A stretch of DNA of 64,000 nt from Alphaproteobacteria bacterium (GCA_017444525.1 JAFSWL010000014.1:2420-66419); one strand, 5' to 3'. Shown: positions 8,909-18,250, counted from the stretch's first letter. Notes: a model not told the origin generated them from the sequence alone. Numbers and translations are program-made.

Positions 8909-10402
8909 CTATCTCCCCAGCTGCGCATTCAAAATCAGCATTTTGCGCATGTTATACAGGTTAGTTTCCAATCCCACACCGTAAATATGCGGATTGGTCA
9001 AACGCTTGTATGACTCGTCGAGCCGTGCCAAATTAGCCCTGCCGCGTTGCTGTAGCTTTTGCAAATTAAGTTCCGGCGGATTGGTTACTTTGCCGTCTTT
9101 CATCACCGGTTGCAGCAATAAATACGCATTTTCTCCGGATTTAAAATCACGTTTCAAACCGTTTATGCTGTCGAGTGTATAAGATGTTATATTGCGCGAT
9201 AACTTGCCGCCATTTACTACATCCATATCCGCCGCACTGCAGATAATATCACCTTCAAACTTATTATTGCGTATGATTCGCACCACATTAGTCGCTCCCG
9301 GAATGGTGGTTTTTCCTTCGGCGATTTTAATACGCGGGTGCCCCATATATTGCTTGGTTTTAAACACTCCGCCCAGTGCCGGAGTATCATAAGCCGTAAC
9401 CAACTTGGTACCTGCCGCCAAAACATCATACGGTGCCTTTTGTACTATCAGCAGATTTTCTATCAGGTGTTCATCCAAGTCATTGGAAGCCACCATTTTT
9501 ACATTGGCAAACAATGGGTTATCGCCTTCAGCATCAATCATTTTGCGCGCTTCTTTTGCCCAATATGCCAAATCTCCGGAATCAACCCGAATCCCCATCA
9601 ACGGCAGACCGACCGCATTGGTTGCTTCAATGGCATGCTTAACTCCCTCGCGCGTATCGTAAGTATCGACCAACAGCGTGGTATTCCCCGGATTTCCGCG
9701 CATAAAAGCCTTAAAAGCGTCGACTTCTCTTTCGTAGCTCATCACAAAAGAATGTGCCATGGTTCCGGAATCCGGAATGCCGTAATGCTTTGCTGCCGCT
9801 GTATTGGAAGTGCCTGCCGCACCGCCGATAAATGCCGCTCTGGTCTCGGAAAATCCACCCATTTCATGCCCGCGCCGCAAACCGAACTCCAACAGCGGAC
9901 GCTGCTTACCGTCAAGCGCCGCTGCATAAGCCATACGCGAGGCTTTTGTTGCCACCAAACTCTGTGAATTAAACGCATTCAGCAGTGCCGCTTCCACTAA
10001 ATCAACCTGCCACGTCGGTCCGGTTACGGAATAAACCGGCTCGTTCGGAAACCCCAATTCGCCCTCCGGTACCGCGTTAATACTAATTTGTAATTTTTTA
10101 TCTTTAATAAATTCCAAAAAGCGCTCATCAAAACGCGCACTGCCGTCGGCATTTTTTTCTTGTTGCAAATATGCAATATCATCTTCGGTAAAGTGCCAAT
10201 TTTCCAGCCATTGTACAAATTCGCCCAAGCCGGCGCACAGCAAATAGCTGCCGCCGAACGGATTTTTCCGAAAGAACGCTTCCGAAGTTTTGATTTCTTC
10301 GGCCTTACCGTCCAAAAACCACGCTTGCGCCATGGTTAAATGATATAAATCGCAAAACAACGGGGTTCCGCTTTCCAAAATATTCGGTCTGGTATTTGTC
10401 AT
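8909..10402 (-). CDS. pncB: nicotinate phosphoribosyltransferase
   Basis: N-terminal CDLYHLTMAQAW (NAPRT-type DLYQLTM), phospho-His region GTMAHSFV, and GLRR; 497 aa. Confidence 0.8.
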   Translation of the reverse strand: MTNTRPNILESGTPLFCDLYHLTMAQAWFLDGKAEEIKTSEAFFRKNPFGGSYLLCAGLGEFVQWLENWHFTEDDIAYLQQEKNADGSARFDERFLEFIKDKKLQISINAVPEGELGFPNEPVYSVTGPTWQVDLVEAALLNAFNSQSLVATKASRMAYAAALDGKQRPLLEFGLRRGHEMGGFSETRAAFIGGAAGTSNTAAAKHYGIPDSGTMAHSFVMSYEREVDAFKAFMRGNPGNTTLLVDTYDTREGVKHAIEATNAVGLPLMGIRVDSGDLAYWAKEARKMIDAEGDNPLFANVKMVASNDLDEHLIENLLIVQKAPYDVLAAGTKLVTAYDTPALGGVFKTKQYMGHPRIKIAEGKTTIPGATNVVRIIRNNKFEGDIICSAADMDVVNGGKLSRNITSYTLDSINGLKRDFKSGENAYLLLQPVMKDGKVTNPPELNLQKLQQRGRANLARLDESYKRLTNPHIYGVGLETNLYNMRKMLILNAQLGR

Positions 10403-10404
10403 GG

Positions 10405-11028
10405 CTATTCTCCTAAACTTTTATGAACTAAATTGTGTTGAACTTTTTTGTTATGCAATTCTTTGCGAAAAAACTGCGCTGTCGTAATTCGCCGTAGATA
10501 ACCTGCCTCAATAAACGGCTGATAAACCTCTTTTTGCAAAATATCACTGATTTGCTCTTGCGCTCCTTGGCACAAATCCTCAATAATCACTACAGCGGCA
10601 CCTCTTTTCAGCAATCCGTTAAGCGCCTGTTTTACACAAACATCACTCAAAACTCCGCACAAATAGACGTTGACACCATTCCAATCTTGTTGCAAAGTGC
10701 GATATTGCTTCAGTTCGTTCCAAATATTTGTAGTATTTTTATACATTTTTTCCGCTTGCAATTCAGGCTTAAACGGTGCAGCCTGCTGCCATCCCCAGCT
10801 CCCTTGCACACAATGCTGCGGAAAACTTTCGGATTCGCTGGTGTTACCGTAAGTTTCGGCAAAATGCGTATCATAGGTTTCGATAATTTTATCAAAACTG
10901 CCGGCAAACAGACTATCGGCAAATTTTTGATGTTTTTCGATAAGTTCCGGCGCATTTAAACTGAGCGCCCCGTGCGGATGCACAAAATCGTTTTGAAAAT
11001 CTATCCGCATTAAAATATTTTGAGTCAT
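10405..11028 (-). CDS. pncA: nicotinamidase (isochorismatase family)
   Basis: RIDFQNDF N-terminal Asp motif and catalytic Cys in YLCGVLSDVCVKQ. Sits inside the NAD salvage operon. Confidence 0.75.
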   Translation of the reverse strand: MTQNILMRIDFQNDFVHPHGALSLNAPELIEKHQKFADSLFAGSFDKIIETYDTHFAETYGNTSESESFPQHCVQGSWGWQQAAPFKPELQAEKMYKNTTNIWNELKQYRTLQQDWNGVNVYLCGVLSDVCVKQALNGLLKRGAAVVIIEDLCQGAQEQISDILQKEVYQPFIEAGYLRRITTAQFFRKELHNKKVQHNLVHKSLGE

Positions 11029-11063
11029 AATATCCTTCCCTTCAGGCTTATCAGGTTAAAATC

Positions 11064-11098
11064 GTCTGTCTTGCATAAGCCCTGCGCAAGACGCAGAC
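11064..11098 (-). promoter_or_regulatory. bulged hairpin B with conserved loop GCAGGGCUUAU (nadM-pncA spacer); possible terminator or attenuator
   Basis: Plus-strand arms gtctgtcttgc / gcaagac-gc-agac give 11 bp with a 2-nt bulge. The loop is ataagccctgc (11075-11085). Only a weak U tract (GAUUUUAA) follows on the minus strand. Confidence 0.5.
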
Positions 11099-11111
11099 AT
11101 ATTGAAAAAGG

Positions 11112-11648
11112 CTAAACAATACCTTTTTTCTTATTAAAATGTTCTTCCACCAGATGATGATTTTCCGGTGCCACAAAGTTTTTCCAGCGCCTATCGCCAA
11201 ACTTTATCATATCGCGCACCATTGTGCCGGTAACAAACGGAAAAGTCGGATCGGTTCGGTCAACCAGCACAATATGTTTGAAATGATCCTTAAACCAATG
11301 CGCATCATATTCAGAACCGGCATAATATGCGTCAGGCAACGGCAAATACGGCAGACTTTCTTTCAAAAAATCCACCACAAAATCGCCCCACTCCGCCGGA
11401 TTATTGATATCAAACAACCCGATGATTTTAAGCCGCTCATATTCCGGCTTGTCACGATATATATTCTGAATCATCTTTTTTCGAGTGGTATAATTGAGCG
11501 GATTTCGTGCCGTTCCCTGTTCTTGAATCGAACCGAGGGCAACTGTTACGCGTTCACATTCTTGCAACATTTGATCAATGATTTTTTGGTGCCCTATATG
11601 AAACGGTTGGGCGCGCATAATGCAAAAACCGTGCTTATACTTAGTCAT
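11112..11648 (-). CDS. nadM: NadM-type (archaeal-like) nicotinamide/nicotinate mononucleotide adenylyltransferase
   Basis: RAQPFHIGHQ (HxGH motif) and VTGTMVRDMI (ISxTxxR-like motif). At 178 aa there is no Nudix extension. Confidence 0.75.
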   Translation of the reverse strand: MTKYKHGFCIMRAQPFHIGHQKIIDQMLQECERVTVALGSIQEQGTARNPLNYTTRKKMIQNIYRDKPEYERLKIIGLFDINNPAEWGDFVVDFLKESLPYLPLPDAYYAGSEYDAHWFKDHFKHIVLVDRTDPTFPFVTGTMVRDMIKFGDRRWKNFVAPENHHLVEEHFNKKKGIV

Positions 11649-11725
11649 AAAAAAAACTCCTTTAAACAGGAGCCGTCAACAAAATAAATATACCTTCATC
11701 TCATTAAACCGGCTCGGTTTTATAC

Positions 11726-11762
11726 TGTTCTCTGCTTATAAGCCCTGCAAGCACCGAGAACA
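11726..11762 (-). promoter_or_regulatory. bulged hairpin A with the same loop GCAGGGCUUAU, at the predicted 5' end of the nadM mRNA
   Basis: Plus-strand arms tgttctctgctt / aagca-cc-gagaaca give 12 bp with a 2-nt bulge. The loop is ataagccctgc (11738-11748). The hairpin starts about 6 nt downstream of the -10 box. Confidence 0.5.
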
Positions 11763-11767
11763 TTCTC

Positions 11768-11795
11768 ATAATATTCTTTAAAATAATATTGTCAA
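11768..11795 (-). promoter_or_regulatory. near-consensus sigma70-type promoter of the NAD salvage operon
   Basis: The minus strand reads TTGACA-16 nt-TATTAT. Confidence 0.55.
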
Positions 11796-11926
11796 GCAGA
11801 TTTATTTCTTTTCACAATTTGCCGCAAGAAAATATCTGAAAATTTATACTAAAATAGTACTTGTAAAAAATAATTTTATTTGCTAAAAGAGCAGAAGAAT
11901 TTTTGTTTTAAGTAAGGAGAAAAATT

Positions 11927-12190
11927 ATGGCAGATGAAAAAATTGTTGATATTGAAGTTGGTGGCATTGATGCTCCGAGACTGCGCTCGCTGATTGAACG
12001 AATTGAGCGTTTGGAAGAAGAAAAGAAGGAGCTGCAAAGCGATATACGCGACATTTTTGCCGAAGCCAAAAGTGCCGGTTTTGATGTTAAGGCTCTGCGT
12101 ACAGTATTAAAACTGCGCAAAATGAATGCCGATGACCGCAACCAGCAGGAAAACTGGGTTGCTATCTTCCGTAAAGCTCTTGAGTTTTAA
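11927..12190 (+). CDS. gapR: GapR-like nucleoid-associated protein (DUF2312)
   Basis: 87 aa. LRSLIERIERLEEEKKEL...IFAEAKSAGFDVKALRTVLKLRK closely resembles Caulobacter GapR. AAGGAG SD is present. Confidence 0.8.
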   Translation: MADEKIVDIEVGGIDAPRLRSLIERIERLEEEKKELQSDIRDIFAEAKSAGFDVKALRTVLKLRKMNADDRNQQENWVAIFRKALEF

Positions 12191-12207
12191 GCTATATATA
12201 CAAATTT

Positions 12208-12240
12208 AAAGCCTCATCTTTTTTAAGATGAGGCTTTTTT
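12208..12240. terminator. bidirectional intrinsic terminator (gapR / HD gene)
   Basis: AAAGCCTCATCTT-tttt-AAGATGAGGCTTT is a 13-bp perfect stem, flanked by an A run and a T run. Confidence 0.75.
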
Positions 12241-12785
12241 TACTTTTCCATTAAAGTATTTAGGATTTTATCCAGCTCACAGCGCAATTCGGTATCTTCA
12301 AGATAGGACAAACGCTCAAACGCACTCATTCCAAATTCCTTAACCAAGCCGATTTTCAATGTATCTTCATAGAAACGCGCCGTAAACACATTATCTATAC
12401 GATCCATTACCCACACAAACTTGGCTTCGGGAGTGTTGCGTTGTTCATATTCCTTAAACAACTCCAAAAGCTCAGGTTTACCGGCCTCTTGTGCAACAGT
12501 GCGCATAGCATCAAGTTCCAAATCGGATTTTTTCTGCACGTCCATTTCTCCGGGGACCATATCACCGCAAATAATTTCCGGCAAATCATGCACAAGAGCC
12601 AGCTGCAAGCACTTCAATTTATCAAGTTTTTTGGGTGCAAACAGCATTACCAACATTGCCAAACTGAATGAATGATCAGCATCGCTTTCGGGATAGGCAA
12701 CAGTACGACGCATCCAACCGATGCGTTTCACATTTTTCATCCGACCGAGAATATCAGCCAATTTCAAAATTTCTATTTTTTTCAT
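12240..12785 (-). CDS. HD-domain 5'-deoxynucleotidase (YfbR-like)
   Basis: HD_3-type motifs ESDADHSFSLAML and LALVHDLPEIICGD. Confidence 0.7.
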   Translation of the reverse strand: MKKIEILKLADILGRMKNVKRIGWMRRTVAYPESDADHSFSLAMLVMLFAPKKLDKLKCLQLALVHDLPEIICGDMVPGEMDVQKKSDLELDAMRTVAQEAGKPELLELFKEYEQRNTPEAKFVWVMDRIDNVFTARFYEDTLKIGLVKEFGMSAFERLSYLEDTELRCELDKILNTLMEK

Positions 12786-12862
12786 AACACTTAATAATTG
12801 ATGATTACAAATTTGATATAATCCGCAACAATATCGTTGTCAACGATATTTTTTGCTTCACG

Positions 12863-13360
12863 CTAATCCAGAGTAAGATCGGCAAATTCGGCACCTATTG
12901 CCGCAGCCAATTCCTCGGCATTAATTTCCAAAGTTAAACCTATTTTACCGCCGCTCACAAAAAAAGTATCAAACAGAATAGCTGTCTCATCAATAAATAC
13001 CGGAAATGCTTTTTTCATACCGACCGGAGAACAGCCGCCATGCACATATCCGGTCAGCGGCAATAATTTTTTAAGCGGTAGCATCTCTACACTTTTGACT
13101 TTTGCCGCTGTTGCCGCTTTTTTCACACTCAAATCCTTATTTGCCGGAATGACAAACACAAAATGATCAAATCCGTGCTGATTCGTCGGTGCTTCCGTAA
13201 CCAAAGTTTTAAAAGTCTGTTCCGCCGGTTTTTTTAAATATCCGGCCACCGACACAGCATCAAGCCCGTTTATCGGCTCCCATTCATAAGTTTTAAAACG
13301 AATACCTGCTGTTTCAATAATCCGCATTGCATTTGTCTTAATCATTTTCTCCTCCGACAA
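12863..13360 (-). CDS. ybaK: Cys-tRNA(Pro)/Cys-tRNA(Cys) deacylase YbaK
   Basis: ~160 aa with a YbaK/EbsC-like N-terminus (TNAMRIIETAGIRFKTYEW) and GGCSPVGMKK. The start may be the internal MIKTN. Confidence 0.75.
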   Translation of the reverse strand: MSEEKMIKTNAMRIIETAGIRFKTYEWEPINGLDAVSVAGYLKKPAEQTFKTLVTEAPTNQHGFDHFVFVIPANKDLSVKKAATAAKVKSVEMLPLKKLLPLTGYVHGGCSPVGMKKAFPVFIDETAILFDTFFVSGGKIGLTLEINAEELAAAIGAEFADLTLD

Positions 13361-13438
13361 TTTAATTTAATAAAAAATTCTTGCTTTTTGGTAAAAAAAG
13401 TATAGATATTTCTTGTATTTTAATTATGGGAGAAGAAT

Positions 13439-14389
13439 ATGAAAATAGGAATTATAGGAGCCGGAGCCGTAGGCAGTGCTACCGCGTTTTCATTAATTAT
13501 GACGGGTGTGGCTCACAAAGTTGTTTTAGTTGACATGAACGAAAAAAAGGCCTTAGCCGAAGCCACCGATATCGGTCATGCGGCACCGTTTGCCAGCGCT
13601 GCAAAAATCAAATCAGGAACTTATGCAGACTTGAAAGAATGCAGTATTGTCATCGTAACCGCGGGAGCCAATCAAAAACCGGGAGAAACCCGTATTGATT
13701 TATTGGGACGTAATGTTAAAATTTTTGAAAATATAATCCCGCAAATTGTGCAAAATGCACCTGATTGTATTTTGTTGATTACATCCAATCCGGCTGATAT
13801 TATGACCGATGTTGCACTTAAACTTTCCGGATTTCCCAAAGAACGGGTTATCGGTAGCGGAACTGTGCTTGATACTTCACGTTTCAGAACACTTTTGGCA
13901 TATTATCTCGGTGTTTCCGCTAAATCTGTTCATGCTGATGTTTTGGGCGAACATGGCGACAGTGAAGTATTAGTTTGGTCAAACGCCGAAGCCGGTACCC
14001 TCACTTTGGAAGAATACGCACAAGATGTGGGAAAAACTCTTGATGAAGCTAAAAAAGCAGAAATCAATGATAGTGTTGTCAATGCAGCCTACAAAATCAT
14101 TGAAGGAAAAGGAGCTACTTGCTTCGGCATTGCCGGTGCACTTACTCAAATTTGCCGTGCTATCGGTAACAATGATTATTCAATATTAACCGTATCTTCG
14201 CATCACACTGATGTTGAAGGCATTAAAGATGTTTGTTTATCCCTGCCTACTGTAATTAATCGCCGTGGCATTCATCACGTGATTACACCTAAACTGGCCG
14301 CGCAAGAACATGCAAAACTCCGTATGAGTGCAGAAACCATGAAAGATCATACCGAAAAAGCATTGGCAATGATATCTCAAAAATCATAA
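13439..14389 (+). CDS. ldh: L-lactate dehydrogenase
   Basis: Rossmann motif GIIGAGAVGSA. The substrate loop AGANQKPGETRIDLL has Gln (LDH) rather than Arg (MDH) at the discriminating position. Catalytic LGEHGDS is present. Confidence 0.8.
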   Translation: MKIGIIGAGAVGSATAFSLIMTGVAHKVVLVDMNEKKALAEATDIGHAAPFASAAKIKSGTYADLKECSIVIVTAGANQKPGETRIDLLGRNVKIFENIIPQIVQNAPDCILLITSNPADIMTDVALKLSGFPKERVIGSGTVLDTSRFRTLLAYYLGVSAKSVHADVLGEHGDSEVLVWSNAEAGTLTLEEYAQDVGKTLDEAKKAEINDSVVNAAYKIIEGKGATCFGIAGALTQICRAIGNNDYSILTVSSHHTDVEGIKDVCLSLPTVINRRGIHHVITPKLAAQEHAKLRMSAETMKDHTEKALAMISQKS

Positions 14390-14423
14390 CCGCTATCATT
14401 TCAGTATGCATCGATGATATCAA

Positions 14424-14447
14424 AAGGCCTCAAACAATTGAGGCCTT
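14424..14447. terminator. bidirectional terminator (ldh / ychF)
   Basis: AAGGCCTCAA-acaa-TTGAGGCCTT is a perfect 10-bp stem. Confidence 0.7.
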
Positions 14448-14468
14448 ACATTTTATAGTAAAATCTGC

Positions 14469-15578
14469 TTAAACATTGAACAAAAAGTTCATCAAATCGC
14501 CATCGCGTACTTGATACTCTTTACCTTCCGAGCGAATTTTACCGGCATCGCGACACCCCTGCTCGCCGCCGAATTTAACATAGTCATCATACGAAATGGT
14601 TTCAGCACGAATAAAGCCGCGTTCAAAGTCGGAGTGAATAATGCCGGCACATTGCGGAGCCTTCATTCCTTTAATAAAGGTCCACGCCCGCACTTCTTTC
14701 GGTCCGGCGGTAAAATAGGTTCGTAAACCGAGTAAATTGTAACCGGCATGAATAATCTTGGCAAGTCCGGTTTCTTCAAGTCCCAACGCCGATAAAAATT
14801 CGTTTTTTTCTTCTTCGCTTTCTAACTGCGCCACTTCGGACTCAATTTCGGCAGAAATCACCACACTTTCGGCACCTTCTGCCTTTGCCATATTTTCCAC
14901 CACCGCCGAAAATTTATTGCCGGAAGCTGCTGAATTTTCATCGACATTACACACGTACAACACCGGTTTAGAAGTCAACAGTTGTAGCATTTTATAGCAC
15001 TTATATGCCTCTTTATCGTTTTCATCCGGAGCAGCCGAGCGAGCCGGTTTACCTTGTTTTAAGGCTTCGATAATCGGTTCCATAACTTTTACACTTACAG
15101 CAGCATCTTTATCTCCGGCTTTAGCCTTCTTACGCAAATTTTCAATACGCTTTTCGAGAGATTCTAAATCAGCAATCATCAGTTCTGTTTTAACAATATC
15201 GGCATCACGTACAGGATCAACGCTACCCTCGACATGGGTAATATTATCGTCTTCAAAACAACGCAAAACGTGAATAATGGCATCTGTCTCTCGAATATTG
15301 GCCAAGAACTGATTACCCAATCCCTCGCCTTTTGAAGCCCCCTTAACCAAGCCGGCAATATCCACAAATTCCAACTGTGTCGGAACAATATTTTTCGGCT
15401 GCACCATTTCAACCAGTTTATCCAAGCGCCTATCCGGCACCGCTACTCGACCGGTATTCGGCTCAATTGTGCAAAACGGAAAATTGGCGGCCTGCGCCGC
15501 GATCGTTTGCGTTAGAGCATTAAAAAGAGTAGATTTTCCAACGTTCGGTAAGCCAACAATACCGCAATTAAATCCCAT
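14469..15578 (-). CDS. ychF: ribosome-binding ATPase YchF
   Basis: MGFNCGIVGLPNVGKST is the canonical N-terminus; the track start at 15593 adds 5 codons. C-terminal TGS-like region is present. Confidence 0.9.
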   Translation of the reverse strand: MGFNCGIVGLPNVGKSTLFNALTQTIAAQAANFPFCTIEPNTGRVAVPDRRLDKLVEMVQPKNIVPTQLEFVDIAGLVKGASKGEGLGNQFLANIRETDAIIHVLRCFEDDNITHVEGSVDPVRDADIVKTELMIADLESLEKRIENLRKKAKAGDKDAAVSVKVMEPIIEALKQGKPARSAAPDENDKEAYKCYKMLQLLTSKPVLYVCNVDENSAASGNKFSAVVENMAKAEGAESVVISAEIESEVAQLESEEEKNEFLSALGLEETGLAKIIHAGYNLLGLRTYFTAGPKEVRAWTFIKGMKAPQCAGIIHSDFERGFIRAETISYDDYVKFGGEQGCRDAGKIRSEGKEYQVRDGDLMNFLFNV

Positions 15579-15689
15579 ATTTTTTCTCCGCAATCTATTA
15601 AAATTTTCATTGTTATAGCATAATTATCATAAAAAGCAATCCGTTTTGTAACGTTTTTTAAACTTATAAAATAAGATTATCTAGAATAC

Positions 15690-15715
15690 AAAAAGGGGAG
15701 ATAGCTCCCCTTTTT
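15690..15715 (-). terminator. intrinsic terminator after clpX
   Basis: AAAAAGGGGAG-atag-CTCCCCTTTTT; a GC-rich stem with T runs on both strands. Confidence 0.75.
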
Positions 15716-15733
15716 ATAAGATTATATCTTGGC

Positions 15734-17011
15734 TTAGGCCGATTTTTTCAACGGAGTTTTGACCTTAATCAATTTAGGTTTAGCCTTACCTTCAACAACT
15801 TTCTCGTCAAACACGATTTCCGCAATATCTTTTTTATCCGGCAACTCATACATCCACTCCATCAAAATTTCTTCCATAATGGCGCGCAGACCGCGAGCAC
15901 CGGTTTTGCGCTCAATTGCCAGTTTGGCAATCGCCAACAATGCCTTATCTGTAATCGTCAGTTTAACATTATCCATATTAAACAGCGAACGATATTGGCT
16001 CACCAAAGCATTTTTCGGCTCGGTCAAAACCGAAATCAGCGCCTTTTCATCTAAGTCATCAAGGGTAGCAATTACCGGAACACGACCGGTAAATTCTGGA
16101 ATAAGTCCGTATTTTACCAAGTCCTCCGGTCGCACATCTTTTAATATTTGACCGATGGATTTTTCATCTTTTTCAACTTTAGCTCCAAAACCTATGGAAT
16201 TGTTGTTTTCTGTACCGTGCTTTTCGATTATTTTTTCTAATCCGGCAAACGCACCGCCGCAGATAAACAGTATATTGGTGGTGTCTACGTGCAAAAATTC
16301 CTGCTGCGGATGCTTGCGCCCGCCCTGCGGCGGTACATTGGCAACCGTACCCTCTATAATCTTCAACAATGCCTGCTGCACACCTTCGCCGGAAACATCA
16401 CGCGTTATTGAAGGTCCGTCGCCTTTGCGCGATATTTTATCGATTTCATCAATATAAATAATGCCTCGCTGTGCTTTTTCAATATCATAATTGGCATTTT
16501 GCACCAACTTCAGCACAATATTTTCTACGTCTTCTCCAACGTAACCGGCCTCGGTTAAAGTGGTGGCATCAGCAATAGCAAATGGCACATTCAAAATTTT
16601 AGCCAAAGTTTGTGCCAGCAGAGTTTTACCGCAACCGGTTGAACCGATTAAAATAACATTCGATTTATTAATATCAACTTCATCCTTGTTAGGATTATTC
16701 AAACGTTTATAGTGATTGTACACGGCAACCGCCAGTACTTTTTTTGCATAATCCTGCCCGATAACATATTCATCTAAAAACTTTTTGATTTTGGACGGTG
16801 TCGGTAAATCTTCCGATATCGGAGTATCCGCTTTTTCCGTTTTTTTCTCATCATCAAAAACTTCTTCTTCCATAATCGAATGACATACATCAATACATTC
16901 GTTACAGATATACACTCCGCGACCGGCAACCAGTTTTTTAACTTCTTTCTGGCTTTTGCCGCAGAACGAGCAATGCAATATATCTTCGTCTTTTTCGTCT
17001 TTTTTACTCAT
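15734..17011 (-). CDS. clpX: ATP-dependent Clp protease ATP-binding subunit ClpX
   Basis: Zinc finger CSFCGKSQ...CNECI, Walker A GSTGCGKT, and IYIDEIDK. Confidence 0.95.
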   Translation of the reverse strand: MSKKDEKDEDILHCSFCGKSQKEVKKLVAGRGVYICNECIDVCHSIMEEEVFDDEKKTEKADTPISEDLPTPSKIKKFLDEYVIGQDYAKKVLAVAVYNHYKRLNNPNKDEVDINKSNVILIGSTGCGKTLLAQTLAKILNVPFAIADATTLTEAGYVGEDVENIVLKLVQNANYDIEKAQRGIIYIDEIDKISRKGDGPSITRDVSGEGVQQALLKIIEGTVANVPPQGGRKHPQQEFLHVDTTNILFICGGAFAGLEKIIEKHGTENNNSIGFGAKVEKDEKSIGQILKDVRPEDLVKYGLIPEFTGRVPVIATLDDLDEKALISVLTEPKNALVSQYRSLFNMDNVKLTITDKALLAIAKLAIERKTGARGLRAIMEEILMEWMYELPDKKDIAEIVFDEKVVEGKAKPKLIKVKTPLKKSA

Positions 17012-17018
17012 TTTCCAC

Positions 17019-17645
17019 CTACTTTATTTCATTGCGATTAGTAATAATATGGTCAATCAAACCAAATTCCAAAGCCTCTGACGGGGTCATAAAATTATCT
17101 CTATCCATGGCTTTTTCGATAACCGACAACTTCTGACCGGTATTTTCGGCATAAATCATATTCAGACGCTTGCGTAAATCCAAAATCAGCTTTGCCTGAA
17201 TTTCGATATCGGTCGCTTGCCCTTTAGCCCCACCCGACGGTTGATGAATCATTATCTGAGAATTAGGCAAAGAATAACGTTTACCTTTGGTTCCGCCGGC
17301 CAATAAAAACGAACCCATTGAGCAAGCCTGACCGACACAAATTGTAGCCACATCGCAAGAGATATAGCGCATGGTATCATACATTGCAAGTCCGGAAGTT
17401 ACCACACCGCCGGGAGAATTTATATATAATGAAATGTCTTTTTTCGGATTTTCCGCTTCCAAAAACAACAACTGCGCGCAGACCAAAGCGGAAACTTCAT
17501 CATTTACTTCCCCTGTTAAAAAGATAATTCTTTCTTTCAATAAGCGTGAAAAAATATCAAACGAACGTTCTCCTTTAGGTGTCTGTTCAACCACCATCGG
17601 CACCAAAGAACTGGCTGAAATTTCTGTATTATTCATTATCATCAT
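17019..17645 (-). CDS. clpP: ATP-dependent Clp protease proteolytic subunit ClpP
   Basis: GQACSMGS (catalytic Ser) and IMIHQP (His). Lies 7 nt upstream of clpX. Confidence 0.95.
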   Translation of the reverse strand: MMIMNNTEISASSLVPMVVEQTPKGERSFDIFSRLLKERIIFLTGEVNDEVSALVCAQLLFLEAENPKKDISLYINSPGGVVTSGLAMYDTMRYISCDVATICVGQACSMGSFLLAGGTKGKRYSLPNSQIMIHQPSGGAKGQATDIEIQAKLILDLRKRLNMIYAENTGQKLSVIEKAMDRDNFMTPSEALEFGLIDHIITNRNEIK

Positions 17646-17751
17646 CCTTTTATAAACATAATTTTACTGAATTTAATCATATTTTTACTTAATATTTTCT
17701 AAACAAACAACAATTTATCCCTGATATAACTTAAATAATTGAAAATATATA

Positions 17752-17781
17752 TTGACAAAATTAAAAATTATAGTATATAAT
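17752..17781 (+). promoter_or_regulatory. near-consensus sigma70-type promoter
   Basis: TTGACA (17752-17757), 18 nt, TATAAT (17776-17781). The ATG lies 25 nt downstream with no SD in between. Confidence 0.5.
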
Positions 17782-17805
17782 TAGACACAAACCAAATTAT
17801 TTTAT

Positions 17806-18201
17806 ATGGAATTAGAGACTATTTATCACGAGGAATTCTTGAAAGAATGGAATCGTGCGTATGACGATTGGTATGGTAAGTTTTCTCTCACGGCCAATGA
17901 GCCTATTCGCTCTTATTGGGACGGATACAGTGAGCTTCAATTCTCCGAACCTCTGAGGGATTTCTGGTGCCACATTTGGAGTGGTCCTCACTGCATATTT
18001 TGCAGGAAAGAGCTGATCCCAGGGGTAACCATCGTAACGGGTACAAATTGTTCCCCGATGTTCTTTACTCCGAAGGACATTGTGGAGAAATTCAAGTTCA
18101 CGCATCGGAATCCCTTTACCGGTCATTTGGAGCCGAAAGAAACCACTTATCATAAGCGGCTGACGGCAATTGAAGAAACAATTCGCAATAATGCCGCCTA
18201 A
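17806..18201 (+). CDS. hypothetical 131-aa protein, W/F/H/C-rich, compositionally foreign
   Basis: Clean ORF with its own promoter and terminator. Hand-counted G+C is about 42-49% against ~38% in neighbours. Codons are GAG/AAG/TTC-rich and there is no SD. Cys/His cluster WCHIWSGPHCIFC. No family recognised. Confidence 0.5.
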   Translation: MELETIYHEEFLKEWNRAYDDWYGKFSLTANEPIRSYWDGYSELQFSEPLRDFWCHIWSGPHCIFCRKELIPGVTIVTGTNCSPMFFTPKDIVEKFKFTHRNPFTGHLEPKETTYHKRLTAIEETIRNNAA

Positions 18202-18213
18202 TCCTCACACAAA

Positions 18214-18250
18214 AAAATCCTCGTCAGCTGATTGCCGACGGGGATTTTTT
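18214..18250. terminator. bidirectional terminator (131-aa gene / Lon-like gene)
   Basis: aaatcctcgtcagc-tgatt-gccgacggggattt is a ~14-bp stem with one G-U pair and one mismatch, flanked by A7 and T6. Confidence 0.65.

Noticed and set aside
9338-9967. A 209-aa plus-strand ORF and several 60-85-aa ORFs overlapping pncB.
   Set aside because: These are antisense or out-of-frame shadows of a gene with solid NAPRT motifs. They have no SD and a Cys/Arg/His-rich nonsense composition.
11139-11687. A 182-aa plus-strand ORF that mirrors nadM almost end to end.
   Set aside because: It lies in the codon-aligned antisense frame of nadM, where stops arise only from sense TTA/CTA/TCA codons. nadM has clear HxGH and ISxT-like motifs, while the mirror product is a motif-less F/I/H/K/R-rich string with no SD. 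With only ~11 Leu and 3 Ser in nadM, the absence of those codons is not statistically remarkable.
12820-12856. The hairpin AATATCGTTG-t-CAACGATATT plus a T run between the HD gene and ybaK, considered as a functional terminator.
   Set aside because: The T run lies on the plus strand, but both flanking genes are on the minus strand, and the loop is essentially absent. It is probably a fortuitous palindrome, or at most an antisense-transcription stop. The evidence is not enough to call a feature.
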